From IMG/VR virus record IMGVR_UViG_3300022841_000013, positions 6,822 through 70,821 of that record: a stretch of 64,000 bases of DNA; one strand, given 5' to 3'. Position numbers and translations under genes: made by a program. Shown here in pieces: positions 41,212 through 51,201 of this stretch. The notes under the pieces are model-generated. The model was given only the letters and a program-made list of their open reading frames with translations. It made no database searches and was not told the DNA's origin. The stretch is from a virus. Position 1 is the first letter of the stretch. Every line of letters starts with the position of its first letter.

Positions 41212-41594
41212 TACTTAGTCACCTCGGCTCTCACAATGAATTTACCTTGAATGATTCGCGTTGTGTCTCCAGCATTTTGGGACTCTACTTCTATGTCATA
41301 GACATAACTGTCTGGGATAAATCCAGCCATCTCGGCGGGAGGGATTAGCAAGGTAACTGTTCCCGCAGGTCCGTTCACTATAAGGCTGCCATCTCCGTCT
41401 TCTGTCGTATACTCTGCGATTATAACGGTACCAGGGTCATTAGTTGTGACCTCTCGAAGCCTTACTTGCATCCTTGCAGTGTACCCTGTAAGGTCTAAAA
41501 CCTTTCGAGCAGAGTTCTTTACGGTAAAGACTTGGTGCACAGTAGAGCCTTGATCTGTCAATAAGTTGTAGACATTACCTCTAAGAGAGCTCAT
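41211..41594 (-). CDS. Putative fibre attachment protein (BppU N-terminal-like)
   Basis: DQGST..DLTGYTARMQVR..YVYDIEV..RIIQGKFIVRAEVT pattern; heads the collagen operon. Confidence 0.55.
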   Translation of the reverse strand: MSSLRGNVYNLLTDQGSTVHQVFTVKNSARKVLDLTGYTARMQVRLREVTTNDPGTVIIAEYTTEDGDGSLIVNGPAGTVTLLIPPAEMAGFIPDSYVYDIEVESQNAGDTTRIIQGKFIVRAEVTK

Positions 41595-41662
41595 GCGGAA
41601 ACGTCCTTACGGGGGAAAGTAGACTAGTCCCTATAATTTTACCGCAGTTTACCTAAACTGAG

Positions 41663-42385
41663 TTAGTAGCCAGCTGTGCTGCCACCACTCTCAAGCGGAT
41701 GAGACCCATTAGCTAGCTGCTCTTTCCACTCTGTCTGCATCTCTTCTTGCTGCTTGCGGACTCCTGAGATCTCTTCTTCCCATTCTGCCATACGTTCTTC
41801 AGAGTATTCTGACTCTTTGTAGTCCCAAAAAGCGCCAATGGTGTGTCGAGTGGCACCCTTAACGACAAAAACTTGATGGACATTGTTAATGCCGCCTGGG
41901 AAGGTTATTAGCTCTCCCACTTTGGGGGCAATAGTGAGGTCATGGTCTCGGAAGTCCAGCTCCCCGCCCTCATAGTCATCATTGATGTAGAGCAAGCAAA
42001 CTAACTTACTCTTCTCCCATGCAGACCAGTTGCCCTCCATGTCAGTATTGTCTGAATGAAATGGGGCGAAAGCACCTTCTTGCCACTTCTGCGCGTGGCT
42101 GGATACGGGCTTAAGTGGACGCTCAAAAGCGTGCTCGACAACCAGTTGAAGTCTAGTCGCAAGGTTTTTCATATAGTCCCGAGGGAGACCGTACTGCTCT
42201 AGCAGGGGATCTTCGGGTAGGAGACTCATTCCATAGGACTCAAAGAAGGCAGACATTGACCATGGCTGCGCTGGATCATTAAAGTACTCAACGACTTTCT
42301 TACACTCTTCTTCTGACATAAAGTTCTGGTAGTAGATAATGTCATCTTTGTAGTGGCCTCGTTCGCCAAATTCAGTGTTGGTCAT
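41663..42385 (-). CDS. 2OG-Fe(II) oxygenase, prolyl hydroxylase-like
   Basis: HSD..LYINDDYEGGELDF..HQV..R at H+10. ATG at 42385 has an AGGAG SD. Confidence 0.85.
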   Translation of the reverse strand: MTNTEFGERGHYKDDIIYYQNFMSEEECKKVVEYFNDPAQPWSMSAFFESYGMSLLPEDPLLEQYGLPRDYMKNLATRLQLVVEHAFERPLKPVSSHAQKWQEGAFAPFHSDNTDMEGNWSAWEKSKLVCLLYINDDYEGGELDFRDHDLTIAPKVGELITFPGGINNVHQVFVVKGATRHTIGAFWDYKESEYSEERMAEWEEEISGVRKQQEEMQTEWKEQLANGSHPLESGGSTAGY

Positions 42386-42851
42386 TAGTTTCTCCTGTAT
42401 ATCCTGTGTCATCTAGAAATCGCTCCGGGACAAATCTTTGATTGTCTTTAGAGAATAGTTTAGCAAACTCATATACTAAGTAATTATACTCCTCTATAGG
42501 GACGTTTTCTTTAGCTGCTAGGAAAATGTCCTTAGCCTTGTGATAGTCATCCCTAACGAAAGTACACTCTCCGCCCCTTGGGCGGTGCAGTATTTTACTG
42601 TGAACCCGTCCAGTTGGTTCGTACAACTCAACCGTTAGGTAGTCTTTTGCAAAACCCCAGTCTTGATAGGCTCTGTAGCCAGTGACCGCCTCTACTACTT
42701 CTGGGTAGAAGTAGATAGAGCGGACGGGACTCTCACCGTCTCGCGCGATAGTGAGCATGTAGGAGTCGCCCTTCCCCGAAGCTACCCTAAGCTTGAACTC
42801 TTCAACCATATCAACATGGCCATGATTCAAATTATCTGACATTCTACTCAT
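42372..42851 (-). CDS. Hypothetical protein within the oxygenase cassette
   Basis: 159-aa ORF overlapping both neighbours; no catalytic motif recognised. Confidence 0.55.
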   Translation of the reverse strand: MSRMSDNLNHGHVDMVEEFKLRVASGKGDSYMLTIARDGESPVRSIYFYPEVVEAVTGYRAYQDWGFAKDYLTVELYEPTGRVHSKILHRPRGGECTFVRDDYHKAKDIFLAAKENVPIEEYNYLVYEFAKLFSKDNQRFVPERFLDDTGYTGETNDQH

Positions 42852-43728
42852 CTCTTACTGGCTGCTCGGATGCACTTAGTGCCTCTAATGAATTATATAT
42901 GGCATCCGCATACTCCGTGCTTTGTTGGAGTGCCCTATAGAAAGACTCCCCCCTCAGCGTGACGCCTGTAAACTTTCTCTGCCCATGCGTAAATCCTGCC
43001 GAAACCGCATGATACATTGTAAATAGGTCCACAAACAGTAGGTCACCCTCCTGCCACGGGTGGGATATACGTATTGACTTATCCTCGTATAAGTCGTAGC
43101 CCAGGGTAGCTACTATTCGCTTAAAATTTACTTTCTGCTTTGGACTGGGCTCTCGTCCATCGAAAGAGTATAATTCTGGTGTCAATATGCATCCAGGATC
43201 TACCTCTACTCTTATAGTCTTTTTCCCAGTTATGGGACTGGTCTCCACCGCTCTAGTGAGGAAAGGCCCTGCCCCATCTGGATGGCTCTCTACACGTTTA
43301 TCCCACTCGGTGATGCACTTGTCTAAAAACTCCTGCTGCGCTTCGGGCAGGCGGTCATAATAAGCCGAAGAGTCTACAAATAATGTTTGACCAGTCCCGG
43401 GAGTACCCGTAAAATGATACATGTTCCAGATTCCAGCCTCTATAGGGTGAACATAGTACGGCTTCTCTATATGCCAGTGAAGAGCGTACTCTTCAGTAGA
43501 TAGCTCATAGTGCTTATCAGAACTATCTGAATGGCCCCCTTCGTAGGTCGTCCCAACAATGAGCCCTCGATAGGCTGCAAATTCCTCTGCAATCCTCGCG
43601 TGGTCGCCCTCTCCGAACCTAAACCCCCTAAGAACCACTACGCCTTCTTCTTTGAAGCTCTCCACTACCTGGGGCAATTTAGCTATAGCATCCTCTAGTG
43701 ACTCAATTGAGATTACCCTAGGCTCCAT
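42844..43728 (-). CDS. TauD/TfdA-family 2OG dioxygenase
   Basis: GVVVLRG, WHIE (HxE), GQTLFVD, HPWQEGDLLFVD..YHAV..R. Confidence 0.8.
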   Translation of the reverse strand: MEPRVISIESLEDAIAKLPQVVESFKEEGVVVLRGFRFGEGDHARIAEEFAAYRGLIVGTTYEGGHSDSSDKHYELSTEEYALHWHIEKPYYVHPIEAGIWNMYHFTGTPGTGQTLFVDSSAYYDRLPEAQQEFLDKCITEWDKRVESHPDGAGPFLTRAVETSPITGKKTIRVEVDPGCILTPELYSFDGREPSPKQKVNFKRIVATLGYDLYEDKSIRISHPWQEGDLLFVDLFTMYHAVSAGFTHGQRKFTGVTLRGESFYRALQQSTEYADAIYNSLEALSASEQPVRDE

Positions 43729-44599
43729 GATCCGGGTCCCCCTTCTCCCTCTTTGCGGGTAGGGTGCCGGCCTCTAGGTGACTATAATACTCCGAGAGAG
43801 TGTAAATCTCTCGCATAAATGGGGCCATGACCGTAAGATCATGCCTACTTGTTCTTTCTTGCTCCATTTCTTGAAACCTTTCCCCGTATTTTGCATGCAG
43901 CGCATGCCATTCGGGACTCCCAGCAAAGTCATAGTGCCAGTACAGTCGAACTATATACTTAGCCGCACCCCATATCCGCCTAACTCCATGATAGTAGGGA
44001 TATTTGGATGGGAAAAATACAAAGTCGCCTTTTACAGGCTTGTAGTCAATGGGCGGTCCTGCGGTCCCTGTCTCTGGGTCTACAATAGTGAAAGAGATTT
44101 CTCCACCAGTGTAGTCATCGTTTGGGTAAAGAACAGCAGTTATCCCGAACTTCTCTCCTGGCTGATCAGCTCGCTCGGCCATGTAATCCGTGTGGTAGTT
44201 CATCGTTAGATCTTCTCTGTTTATGAGATCCTCGTCTGGGATGTATCTAGCAAGAGACCAATTCTTACATGTCCAATTAGGCAGCTCAATGCCGGTGGCC
44301 TTTACGTACTCAGCTGAAGCTCGATGAAACTGTTGAGCAATTTCTGCCCTATAGGGGTCAACATTGCCAGCCACCATGACGGCATCCCAGTCCTTCTCGT
44401 CTGGGAAGTGCTCAGAACCTTGAAGTATCTTACCCTTACTGTCCACCTGCCTGCCAAAACCATACCACCCCTTCCAGGTAGCAGTTCTCTCATAATGCTT
44501 AATTAGGTCTTCTGGGCTAGTAAGAACATTGTGAAATACGATTATATTGGGATCCAGTAGGGTGACTTCATACGCACCTAGGGTTGATCTCTCTATCAT
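43718..44599 (-). CDS. 2OG-Fe(II) oxygenase, prolyl 4-hydroxylase-like
   Basis: HTD..LYPNDDYTGGEISF..HGV..K at H+10. Confidence 0.85.
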   Translation of the reverse strand: MIERSTLGAYEVTLLDPNIIVFHNVLTSPEDLIKHYERTATWKGWYGFGRQVDSKGKILQGSEHFPDEKDWDAVMVAGNVDPYRAEIAQQFHRASAEYVKATGIELPNWTCKNWSLARYIPDEDLINREDLTMNYHTDYMAERADQPGEKFGITAVLYPNDDYTGGEISFTIVDPETGTAGPPIDYKPVKGDFVFFPSKYPYYHGVRRIWGAAKYIVRLYWHYDFAGSPEWHALHAKYGERFQEMEQERTSRHDLTVMAPFMREIYTLSEYYSHLEAGTLPAKREKGDPDHGA

Positions 44600-45279
44600 T
44601 TTGTACTCCTCAACACGGAGACTAGGTGCCTTACTCTTTTAACCCTCTCGCCGCCTTTCCAATGATGGGTTATCAGCATCTTTCGTCCATTAGTTATGTT
44701 GCAAGATTGATGTTTGTACGGCATAAACGACGGGAACATCACAATACTACCCGCTTTGGGCTTAATCTTAACGTCCAACTCTGGTTCTACGAACTCTAGC
44801 TCGCCGCCGTCATAATTGTCATTTAAATACACCACTACGGTATACTCTATGTCAGAATTGCTCTCATTCCAGTCGATATGCGGTCCCATTTGGCGGTCAG
44901 GAAAATACTTACTCACTCCCATTGTAGTTCGAGGATGGCTCATGTGATTGCAGGCATATTTTGTAGAGACCTCGTCGATGTCAAAAATGGAAGCATAAGT
45001 TTTAGCACAGCTTTTCATCGCATTTGAGATAGTATCCATGACCCATAGCGACTCGTCTATAGTGGTTTGATCATCTTCATACTTCACGCTGTACCTGTTT
45101 AGGTACTTAATCTCGCCGTAACTAAACCCCTCTGCATCTCCGCCAGTGTCCCAGGTAGACCAGCCAGTCACTGGTGCACAGTCTAGTCGCTCGAGAGTTG
45201 CCACTAGCTTGGATGCATCCGGGATGGCATTCTCGAAATAAACTATTTTTTCTTTTATGACTTTATATTCCGTAGACAC
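44596..45279 (-). CDS. 2OG-Fe(II) oxygenase, prolyl 4-hydroxylase-like
   Basis: GPHID..YLNDNYDGGELEF..HQS..K at H+10. Confidence 0.85.
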   Translation of the reverse strand: MSTEYKVIKEKIVYFENAIPDASKLVATLERLDCAPVTGWSTWDTGGDAEGFSYGEIKYLNRYSVKYEDDQTTIDESLWVMDTISNAMKSCAKTYASIFDIDEVSTKYACNHMSHPRTTMGVSKYFPDRQMGPHIDWNESNSDIEYTVVVYLNDNYDGGELEFVEPELDVKIKPKAGSIVMFPSFMPYKHQSCNITNGRKMLITHHWKGGERVKRVRHLVSVLRSTK

Positions 45280-46132
45280 TGTTCACTCCATTTTCTCTAG
45301 TTTCAATTAACTTTACGTACTTGGGCGCGTCTTCTGGATTCGAGGGGTACACCCACAAGCCAACAAATTCCCTATCTTCGGAGGAAAATCCTCCGGTCAC
45401 CGCATGGGCGTTCTTAAACAAATCTGCTAGAATTAAATCACCTTGGTTCCATCTATGCTCTGCCCTAACAGAGATGTCATCCCAAACGTAGTTATGTATT
45501 ACGCTCTTAAGCTCTTCATACCTGAATGCCTCGGCGGGGGTTGGCAGCCTCCCGTCAAAGGTAGAGAGCCAATGTGAATCTGAGTTAAATCTGGTCATGT
45601 GCATTCTTATGGTCCTCTCTCCTGTATACCAATGAGCCTTAACTACATCAGTAGTAAACTCCTTGCCATCGTGCGGTTCAACCCATGTTTGAACTGAGTT
45701 CTCTAGAAATTCCTGATCATTGAAGGGCAGTAAATTGTAGATTTTAGACGTATCTACAAACCAGGTTTTACCGACATCGGGTTCAACTTTAAACTTTAGC
45801 ATATTCCAGACACCTGCAATTATGGGGGAATGGTCGTCGTACTCTATATGCTCTAAATGCCAACCCAGTGCGACTTCATCGGGAGATACGGCCTCCTTGT
45901 TGGAAAGCCTAGAGTGGCTCTCTTGATACACTTGCTCAAAATCTGAAGAGCTATTCGGTGTCCAGCCTGATACGTCACCTAATGCTCTAGTGAGCTCTAA
46001 CTGCTCGTCAGTTGTCAGATTAGCCCCCCTAAGTACTACAACTGATTCACGGAAGAAGACTTCTAGGATTGCATCTAGGTCCCCCAGTATTTCGGAGTAA
46101 GAGCTGTAATGCCGGCAGTTAACTGGGATCAT
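45263..46132 (-). CDS. TauD/TfdA-family 2OG dioxygenase
   Basis: VVVLRG, WHLE (HxE), GKTWFVD, HRWNQGDLILAD..HAV..R. ATG at 46132 has a GAGAGG SD; paralog of 42844-43728. Confidence 0.8.
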   Translation of the reverse strand: MIPVNCRHYSSYSEILGDLDAILEVFFRESVVVLRGANLTTDEQLELTRALGDVSGWTPNSSSDFEQVYQESHSRLSNKEAVSPDEVALGWHLEHIEYDDHSPIIAGVWNMLKFKVEPDVGKTWFVDTSKIYNLLPFNDQEFLENSVQTWVEPHDGKEFTTDVVKAHWYTGERTIRMHMTRFNSDSHWLSTFDGRLPTPAEAFRYEELKSVIHNYVWDDISVRAEHRWNQGDLILADLFKNAHAVTGGFSSEDREFVGLWVYPSNPEDAPKYVKLIETRENGVNSVYGI

Positions 46133-46142
46133 GAAAACCCTC

Positions 46143-46790
46143 TCAGAAGTTTCGCAGTATAGGACGAAGCGTAGTGTGGACATGCGTAATTATGGTTTTT
46201 CTACCCCTTGTTAGCCTTTTTGACTCGTGAAGGTACCCTGATGGGAATACTACAATACTACCTGCTTTATTTTTTATGGATATGTCTAAGCCACCCTGGA
46301 CAACTGCCAACTCCCCGCCTTCATAGTCGTCATCTAAGTATACAGAAATAGTATATGTATCCTTATCGGGTATGGTCCTATCAGGATGAGGTCCCATGCC
46401 GCCACCTTCATTGTACTTACGAATGCCGTAGACAGGTCCATCACTATAAATCTCGCTGCGCAAGTGCTCTAACTCATCCGCAGAGGCCCCATGGGCTTCC
46501 ATGAAGACCCTGCAACAATTTTCCATAGCATTAAGTAAGGTATTTAGAATATATGCGGACTTTTCTTGCACATGAGCATCAGCCTCTTGCCTTAGTTTAG
46601 AGTAGCTTAAAGTTTTTAGGTCACCGTACACAGGCTCATCTGGGTCATTGTTGGCGTGCCACGGCTCCCAAGGGGTCACAGAGAGGCTGTTCACTTCGTC
46701 TAGCGTGCGAATTAGGGTTGCTATCTCCGGGATTACGCCAGGGAAATAGTACACATTCTCGTGTAAAATTTCATAACTTAGATCGGCCAT
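46143..46790 (-). CDS. 2OG-Fe(II) oxygenase, prolyl 4-hydroxylase-like
   Basis: GPHPD..YLDDDYEGGEL..HES..K at H+10 (alternative start at 46805). Confidence 0.85.
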   Translation of the reverse strand: MADLSYEILHENVYYFPGVIPEIATLIRTLDEVNSLSVTPWEPWHANNDPDEPVYGDLKTLSYSKLRQEADAHVQEKSAYILNTLLNAMENCCRVFMEAHGASADELEHLRSEIYSDGPVYGIRKYNEGGGMGPHPDRTIPDKDTYTISVYLDDDYEGGELAVVQGGLDISIKNKAGSIVVFPSGYLHESKRLTRGRKTIITHVHTTLRPILRNF

Positions 46791-47452
46791 GAGTTCTCGG
46801 GCCATAACGGTAATTGCTCACTTATAAACTTTCTGGAGACTACTTGGACTTCATTTGTGAAGTACTTGATGCCTTCTGTTAAGTGACTTGATCCGTGAAC
46901 TGCTCTCGACGGAAATACGACTAAGCTGCCACCCTGAGGTTTGATAGACACGTCTATGTCGGTCCAATAGATTTCTCCACCAGAGTACTCATCGTTTAGG
47001 TACAAGGTGGTAGTTATCCCGACTGGATCTTGTCCGTCAATATCTGGATGAACTCCGTGATGGCCTCCCGCTAAGTACTTTTTAATTGCAAAATTAGGTG
47101 ACCTATTTTCCCAATAGAACTGGTTAAATTTCTCTAGGTTCTCCTCGGTCATTCCTAGGTTTTTGAAGTAGATACTATAGCCAGTTATGATTGCAGTGTC
47201 TAGAGTGTTAATAATTTCCGCTACAACCTCTCTATGCTCGGCAGTCTCCTCATTAAGTTTTCCGCGCTCTACGCTTTTCATAATACCGTACTGATAGGGG
47301 TTAACCTTGTCATGAGCGTCCCATGGCTTCCACTCGCCTATAGCAGGCGTGCTTGTATCCTCTATATACTTAAGAAGTTCCTTGATATTAGGTATAATGG
47401 CAGGGAAGTATAATATTTTTCCGTCGTAGTAGCTCTCATAAGTTGCGGTCAT
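46778..47452 (-). CDS. 2OG-Fe(II) oxygenase, prolyl 4-hydroxylase-like
   Basis: GVHPD..YLNDEYSGGEI..HGS..K at H+10. Confidence 0.85.
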   Translation of the reverse strand: MTATYESYYDGKILYFPAIIPNIKELLKYIEDTSTPAIGEWKPWDAHDKVNPYQYGIMKSVERGKLNEETAEHREVVAEIINTLDTAIITGYSIYFKNLGMTEENLEKFNQFYWENRSPNFAIKKYLAGGHHGVHPDIDGQDPVGITTTLYLNDEYSGGEIYWTDIDVSIKPQGGSLVVFPSRAVHGSSHLTEGIKYFTNEVQVVSRKFISEQLPLWPENSWPI

Positions 47453-48237
47453 TCTTGGTCCTCATCGAGGTATTTTATCTCTGCGTTCACATCTCTGTAG
47501 CCAGACCCTGCGTTGTACTTCTCCCTGGACTCAGGGCTGCTGGCATCAAACTCTCGTTGAAAGATGAATCCGGGGAACATATACTTATCACCATTCTTCA
47601 TAAGATGTACCTGGTGCTTATAGGGATGAGTTGATGGGAAAATTAGTGCCTGACCGGCCTTGGGCTTAATGGTGAAGTCAACTAAGTCCTTATTGGCCGG
47701 ATCGGTTGCCTCTTTCTTAGGCTGCAGGTGTCCGTTCTTGGGGTTCCTAAGGTCATAAGGTCTAATAATAAATGACAACTCACCGCCATCGTAATCATCA
47801 TTAACATATACTATTATCGACCATTTTAAGCTTTCGTCGCCCGCTTGTGCATCAAAATGGGCACCCATGTCGCACCCTGGACGATATTTCATCATTCCGG
47901 CAAAGGGTGATACATTTGGCTCCCCCTCTTCCTCGTGATCTTCGTAGAACGCGGCGGAGATTTTCTCGATTGCGCCCCTAATCTGACTCACAACCCACTC
48001 TACGTCAGCCTTGCGGTCAGACTCCAGTCCTTCCAGAGCATCTAGCCCAAAATCCTTCTTACTGCCAAAACTGTGACCGTCTTGAGTGTTAGAGAACCAA
48101 AAACCCCACTCTGGGATTACAGCTTGAACACTCTCGTCCTCGTCTAGCTCTTCAATCAGGCGGATCAAACGTGCGGGATCATCTAAGACGTCAGAGTAGA
48201 GGTAGACATTCTCGTGTAGTTTCTCTTCTAAGTACAT
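47449..48237 (-). CDS. 2OG-Fe(II) oxygenase, prolyl 4-hydroxylase-like
   Basis: GAHFD..YVNDDYDGGELSF..HQV..K at H+10. ATG at 48237 has an AGGA SD. Confidence 0.85.
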   Translation of the reverse strand: MYLEEKLHENVYLYSDVLDDPARLIRLIEELDEDESVQAVIPEWGFWFSNTQDGHSFGSKKDFGLDALEGLESDRKADVEWVVSQIRGAIEKISAAFYEDHEEEGEPNVSPFAGMMKYRPGCDMGAHFDAQAGDESLKWSIIVYVNDDYDGGELSFIIRPYDLRNPKNGHLQPKKEATDPANKDLVDFTIKPKAGQALIFPSTHPYKHQVHLMKNGDKYMFPGFIFQREFDASSPESREKYNAGSGYRDVNAEIKYLDEDQE

Positions 48238-48244
48238 TATTTTC

Positions 48245-49027
48245 CTAACTAAACTGCCACATTGGTGGCTGATCTTGAATTGCATTGGCGTTAATCATCC
48301 AGCGCTTAACGTTTGGCCCTATCTCGGATACCCAGTGTTCGTATGGGAAGGCGCAAGGGAAAATTACTATGTCTCCTGCTTCGGGCTTATGTGAGCCTTC
48401 AACATAATCTGACTCGCTGTAAGTACCGTCAGCTTGCTTGTTATAGCTACGAACAGTTACTGCTCCGCCTTCTCCGTAATCATCATTTAAGTAGAGATTA
48501 TAGGCAAAAGTTTGATTTGCCCAGTCCCATTCTTCTTTTTCATCCTGATTGCCACCTTCGCCGCTAGGGTGTAGGTGCAGATGCCCAGAATAGTCAGAGT
48601 GAGGACCGACGCCCTGTGGGCCCTGGTAGTATCTAAACTCTAGGGGAGCATGCTGAATTATGTTTATATTCAGATCCCATCTAGTCATGTAGTCATCAAC
48701 AGCCTTCTCAAAAAGGGCTAAAACCTCAAGCATGGGTGCGTAAGCTGTATCATCAGATTTAGGGTCAGGGTATGTAGCTTTAAAATCTTTGAATATAGGT
48801 CCACCTAGTATCCCGTAGTCTAAATCTTCAGGCTTTCTATACTTCTCGAATATTGGACGTCGCCTTAAGCCGTCTTGGTCCTCCCACTCATTTGCTTCTT
48901 CTAGTAGGTACCCGTGGCCAGAAGGCGCGGTGTAGAAAGATTCCACCAAAGCGTTACAGGTCTCCCTGGATAATGCCGACTTGTAGACCGTGGCGTACTT
49001 GACTAGATCAGATCCCTCTAATGGCAT
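48245..49027 (-). CDS. 2OG-Fe(II) oxygenase, prolyl hydroxylase-like
   Basis: GPHSD..YLNDDYGEGG..AGDIVIFP..HWV..KR. Confidence 0.8.
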   Translation of the reverse strand: MPLEGSDLVKYATVYKSALSRETCNALVESFYTAPSGHGYLLEEANEWEDQDGLRRRPIFEKYRKPEDLDYGILGGPIFKDFKATYPDPKSDDTAYAPMLEVLALFEKAVDDYMTRWDLNINIIQHAPLEFRYYQGPQGVGPHSDYSGHLHLHPSGEGGNQDEKEEWDWANQTFAYNLYLNDDYGEGGAVTVRSYNKQADGTYSESDYVEGSHKPEAGDIVIFPCAFPYEHWVSEIGPNVKRWMINANAIQDQPPMWQFS

Positions 49028-49029
49028 CT

Positions 49030-49704
49030 TTACGCCCTCCTATGCTCTTTGATCGTCCAGAAAAAGGGACACACAAATCTAATACCGGATTTAATCTCAG
49101 TGACGCCGTGTATGTAATGCATATCTCCTGGGAAAAAGTAAGCAGCTCCTGCTTTAGGCTTGAACTGTATGCCTTGGTTCGGGAAATAGAGCTCTCCACC
49201 TTCATAGTCATCATTTATGTAGAAAAGTCCAGCAATGTCGTAGTACGGGAAGTCGTTGGGCTTACCGCGGTTCTCGCCTTCGTGTAGCTCCTTATCAGCG
49301 TGTGGCTGCTGGCGCTGACCGGGCAGCCATCTAACAATCGCTGGGCTTGTAGCATGTGCGTCTACGCCAAAAAACTCATCTACTCTAATCTTTAATCGAA
49401 GCTGCATCTCACTAATAATCTTAGGAATCTCTGGATTGACAAGGGTAAGAGTTGGTGCGGTTGCAACTCTATGGTCCCAGTAGCTAGAGTCGTATATAAC
49501 CACACCTTCGTCATTGTAGTGGGTCTCAGTTTGATCCCAAGTGGTGTTGGTCTTAGAGAACTCGGTAAGAATTGAAAGCTCATCCTCTGTCATAAAATCC
49601 TCTATTGCGATAATATTATCTACGGAGTCACCAAAAAATCCCGAGGGCGTGGTCGAATTATAGTCTCCGCCTGATATGTTTGTAACTTTATCTGTCATAG
49701 CCAT
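49030..49704 (-). CDS. 2OG-Fe(II) oxygenase, prolyl hydroxylase-like
   Basis: QPHAD..YINDDYEGGELYF..HGV..R at H+10. Confidence 0.85.
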   Translation of the reverse strand: MAMTDKVTNISGGDYNSTTPSGFFGDSVDNIIAIEDFMTEDELSILTEFSKTNTTWDQTETHYNDEGVVIYDSSYWDHRVATAPTLTLVNPEIPKIISEMQLRLKIRVDEFFGVDAHATSPAIVRWLPGQRQQPHADKELHEGENRGKPNDFPYYDIAGLFYINDDYEGGELYFPNQGIQFKPKAGAAYFFPGDMHYIHGVTEIKSGIRFVCPFFWTIKEHRRA

Positions 49705-49718
49705 AGTACTATCTTACT

Positions 49719-50465
49719 CTATTCATATTTACGTCTTTCCCAGACTTGTTTTTGGTATATGCCACCATCTGGTTGCCTATACTTAGCACTGTTTTCTTGG
49801 TTTTTTTGCATCATTGTCGGCATGTCAATAGTGGCGTCTATCTCGGAAGTCCAGTCTTCACGCTTAAATGGCAACAATTGAGCATACGGTGTTCCGGCCG
49901 GAATAACCCCCGTGAAGCCCTTGACGATATAGAAGGGCATGGTGCCTGGCAAGTGAACGTGATCATTATCAATGATCCCGCTGGTAGTGAGGAACGGTAA
50001 CTCAAACCTGTTAAAAGGCTGAGTATAGAGGACACTATATCCCTCTGGAACCTCTACTGCCCAATCCGACCACCAAGCAAAGTGCATCTGATGGTAACCC
50101 ATTGGCGCCTTGAACTGGGGCATTGCGGGTCTAAAGGCTACAAAGTCTTTATGTTTTTCGTCATGAATCCTATATTGAATACCCCCTGAGGCATCTTCGA
50201 AAAACTCTACGTCGCAGGGGGTTCTGTACACATAACCCGTTCCCATGATGTCGTAAATTGCTGGGCATGCTTTCCACGTAGGTATCTTCCCACTGCCGTC
50301 TGGCATCTCCCACGGTTTTCCAGTCATAGGATTTTGAGCAAAGCGATCAGCACTCTTATACCAGTCTGGAATAGTTTTTAAAGTTGCCTTTGGAGCAGAG
50401 CTACTCTCGCCGGTAAGCCACGGTCTATTTCGAACAAATTTAATCAGCTGCGTTATTTTTGCCAT
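49719..50465 (-). CDS. Hypothetical protein, DUF6065-related
   Basis: PDWYK..WKACPAIYD..GY..P..GYSVLYTQP..SGIID..IPAGTPYAQLLPFKREDW; shares the IPAGTP motif with its neighbour. Confidence 0.5.
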   Translation of the reverse strand: MAKITQLIKFVRNRPWLTGESSSAPKATLKTIPDWYKSADRFAQNPMTGKPWEMPDGSGKIPTWKACPAIYDIMGTGYVYRTPCDVEFFEDASGGIQYRIHDEKHKDFVAFRPAMPQFKAPMGYHQMHFAWWSDWAVEVPEGYSVLYTQPFNRFELPFLTTSGIIDNDHVHLPGTMPFYIVKGFTGVIPAGTPYAQLLPFKREDWTSEIDATIDMPTMMQKNQENSAKYRQPDGGIYQKQVWERRKYE

Positions 50466-51201
50466 CTGTGCCCTCTACCTCATAACTTTCTCCTGTAAAG
50501 GGGCAGCTGACTGTTTTCAGCCTAATTGACTTAGTTTCGTGCTCGCCTACTGAATCTCCTTTATAGTCTAGTGCTTCTCTATACATTTTTGACCAATCTC
50601 CCACGCCGTTTTTTATCTGAGCAGCGTCACCGTATTTTCTTACTTCTTGCCAGTACTCATGGGTGGCATAGCCATCCGATATCTCCATCGAATACTCATC
50701 CTCTAAGCCACTCAAGGAAATTGGAAGAATTGCTGCGATGGGCGTCCCCGCTGGTATGACTATTTCTTGATTCGGCTCCGTTAGCCTCCACCCCAAAGGG
50801 AGCTCATGCATATAAAATGATGTGCTTATTAATGTTGTGTAGCATTGAGCACCTCTGGTAAATAAATTTGGCACTGGCATTGCTAGAAGGGATGTGCTGG
50901 AATCCGTTCTAAACTGCAAAGACGAGTGAAAACTAAGAGTGGCATTTCCTCTAGTGTTGCTGACAAACTCTGCACCTTCAAGTATTGTTACGTGATCAGG
51001 CGTGGTGTCAGTTACGCCGTCCCAAACAACTCGGATATCACCTGGAAAAGAAATTCCCCACCCTAGCCTGTTGGTAAGATTTAACGGAAAGCACATGTAA
51101 GCGTGCTTCTCAGGGGTATCATCCATCCAGCCTCGCTTGGCTTGTAGCTGCTCTAGGTCTGCCCCTCCGGGCTTAGTCTTCTGTACCGAGATAGTCCCCA
51201 T
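50440..51201 (-). CDS. DUF6065-family protein
   Basis: RGWMDDT..HAYMCFPLNLTNRLGW N-terminal signature; IPAGTPIAAILP. Confidence 0.65.
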   Translation of the reverse strand: MGTISVQKTKPGGADLEQLQAKRGWMDDTPEKHAYMCFPLNLTNRLGWGISFPGDIRVVWDGVTDTTPDHVTILEGAEFVSNTRGNATLSFHSSLQFRTDSSTSLLAMPVPNLFTRGAQCYTTLISTSFYMHELPLGWRLTEPNQEIVIPAGTPIAAILPISLSGLEDEYSMEISDGYATHEYWQEVRKYGDAAQIKNGVGDWSKMYREALDYKGDSVGEHETKSIRLKTVSCPFTGESYEVEGTDGKNNAAD

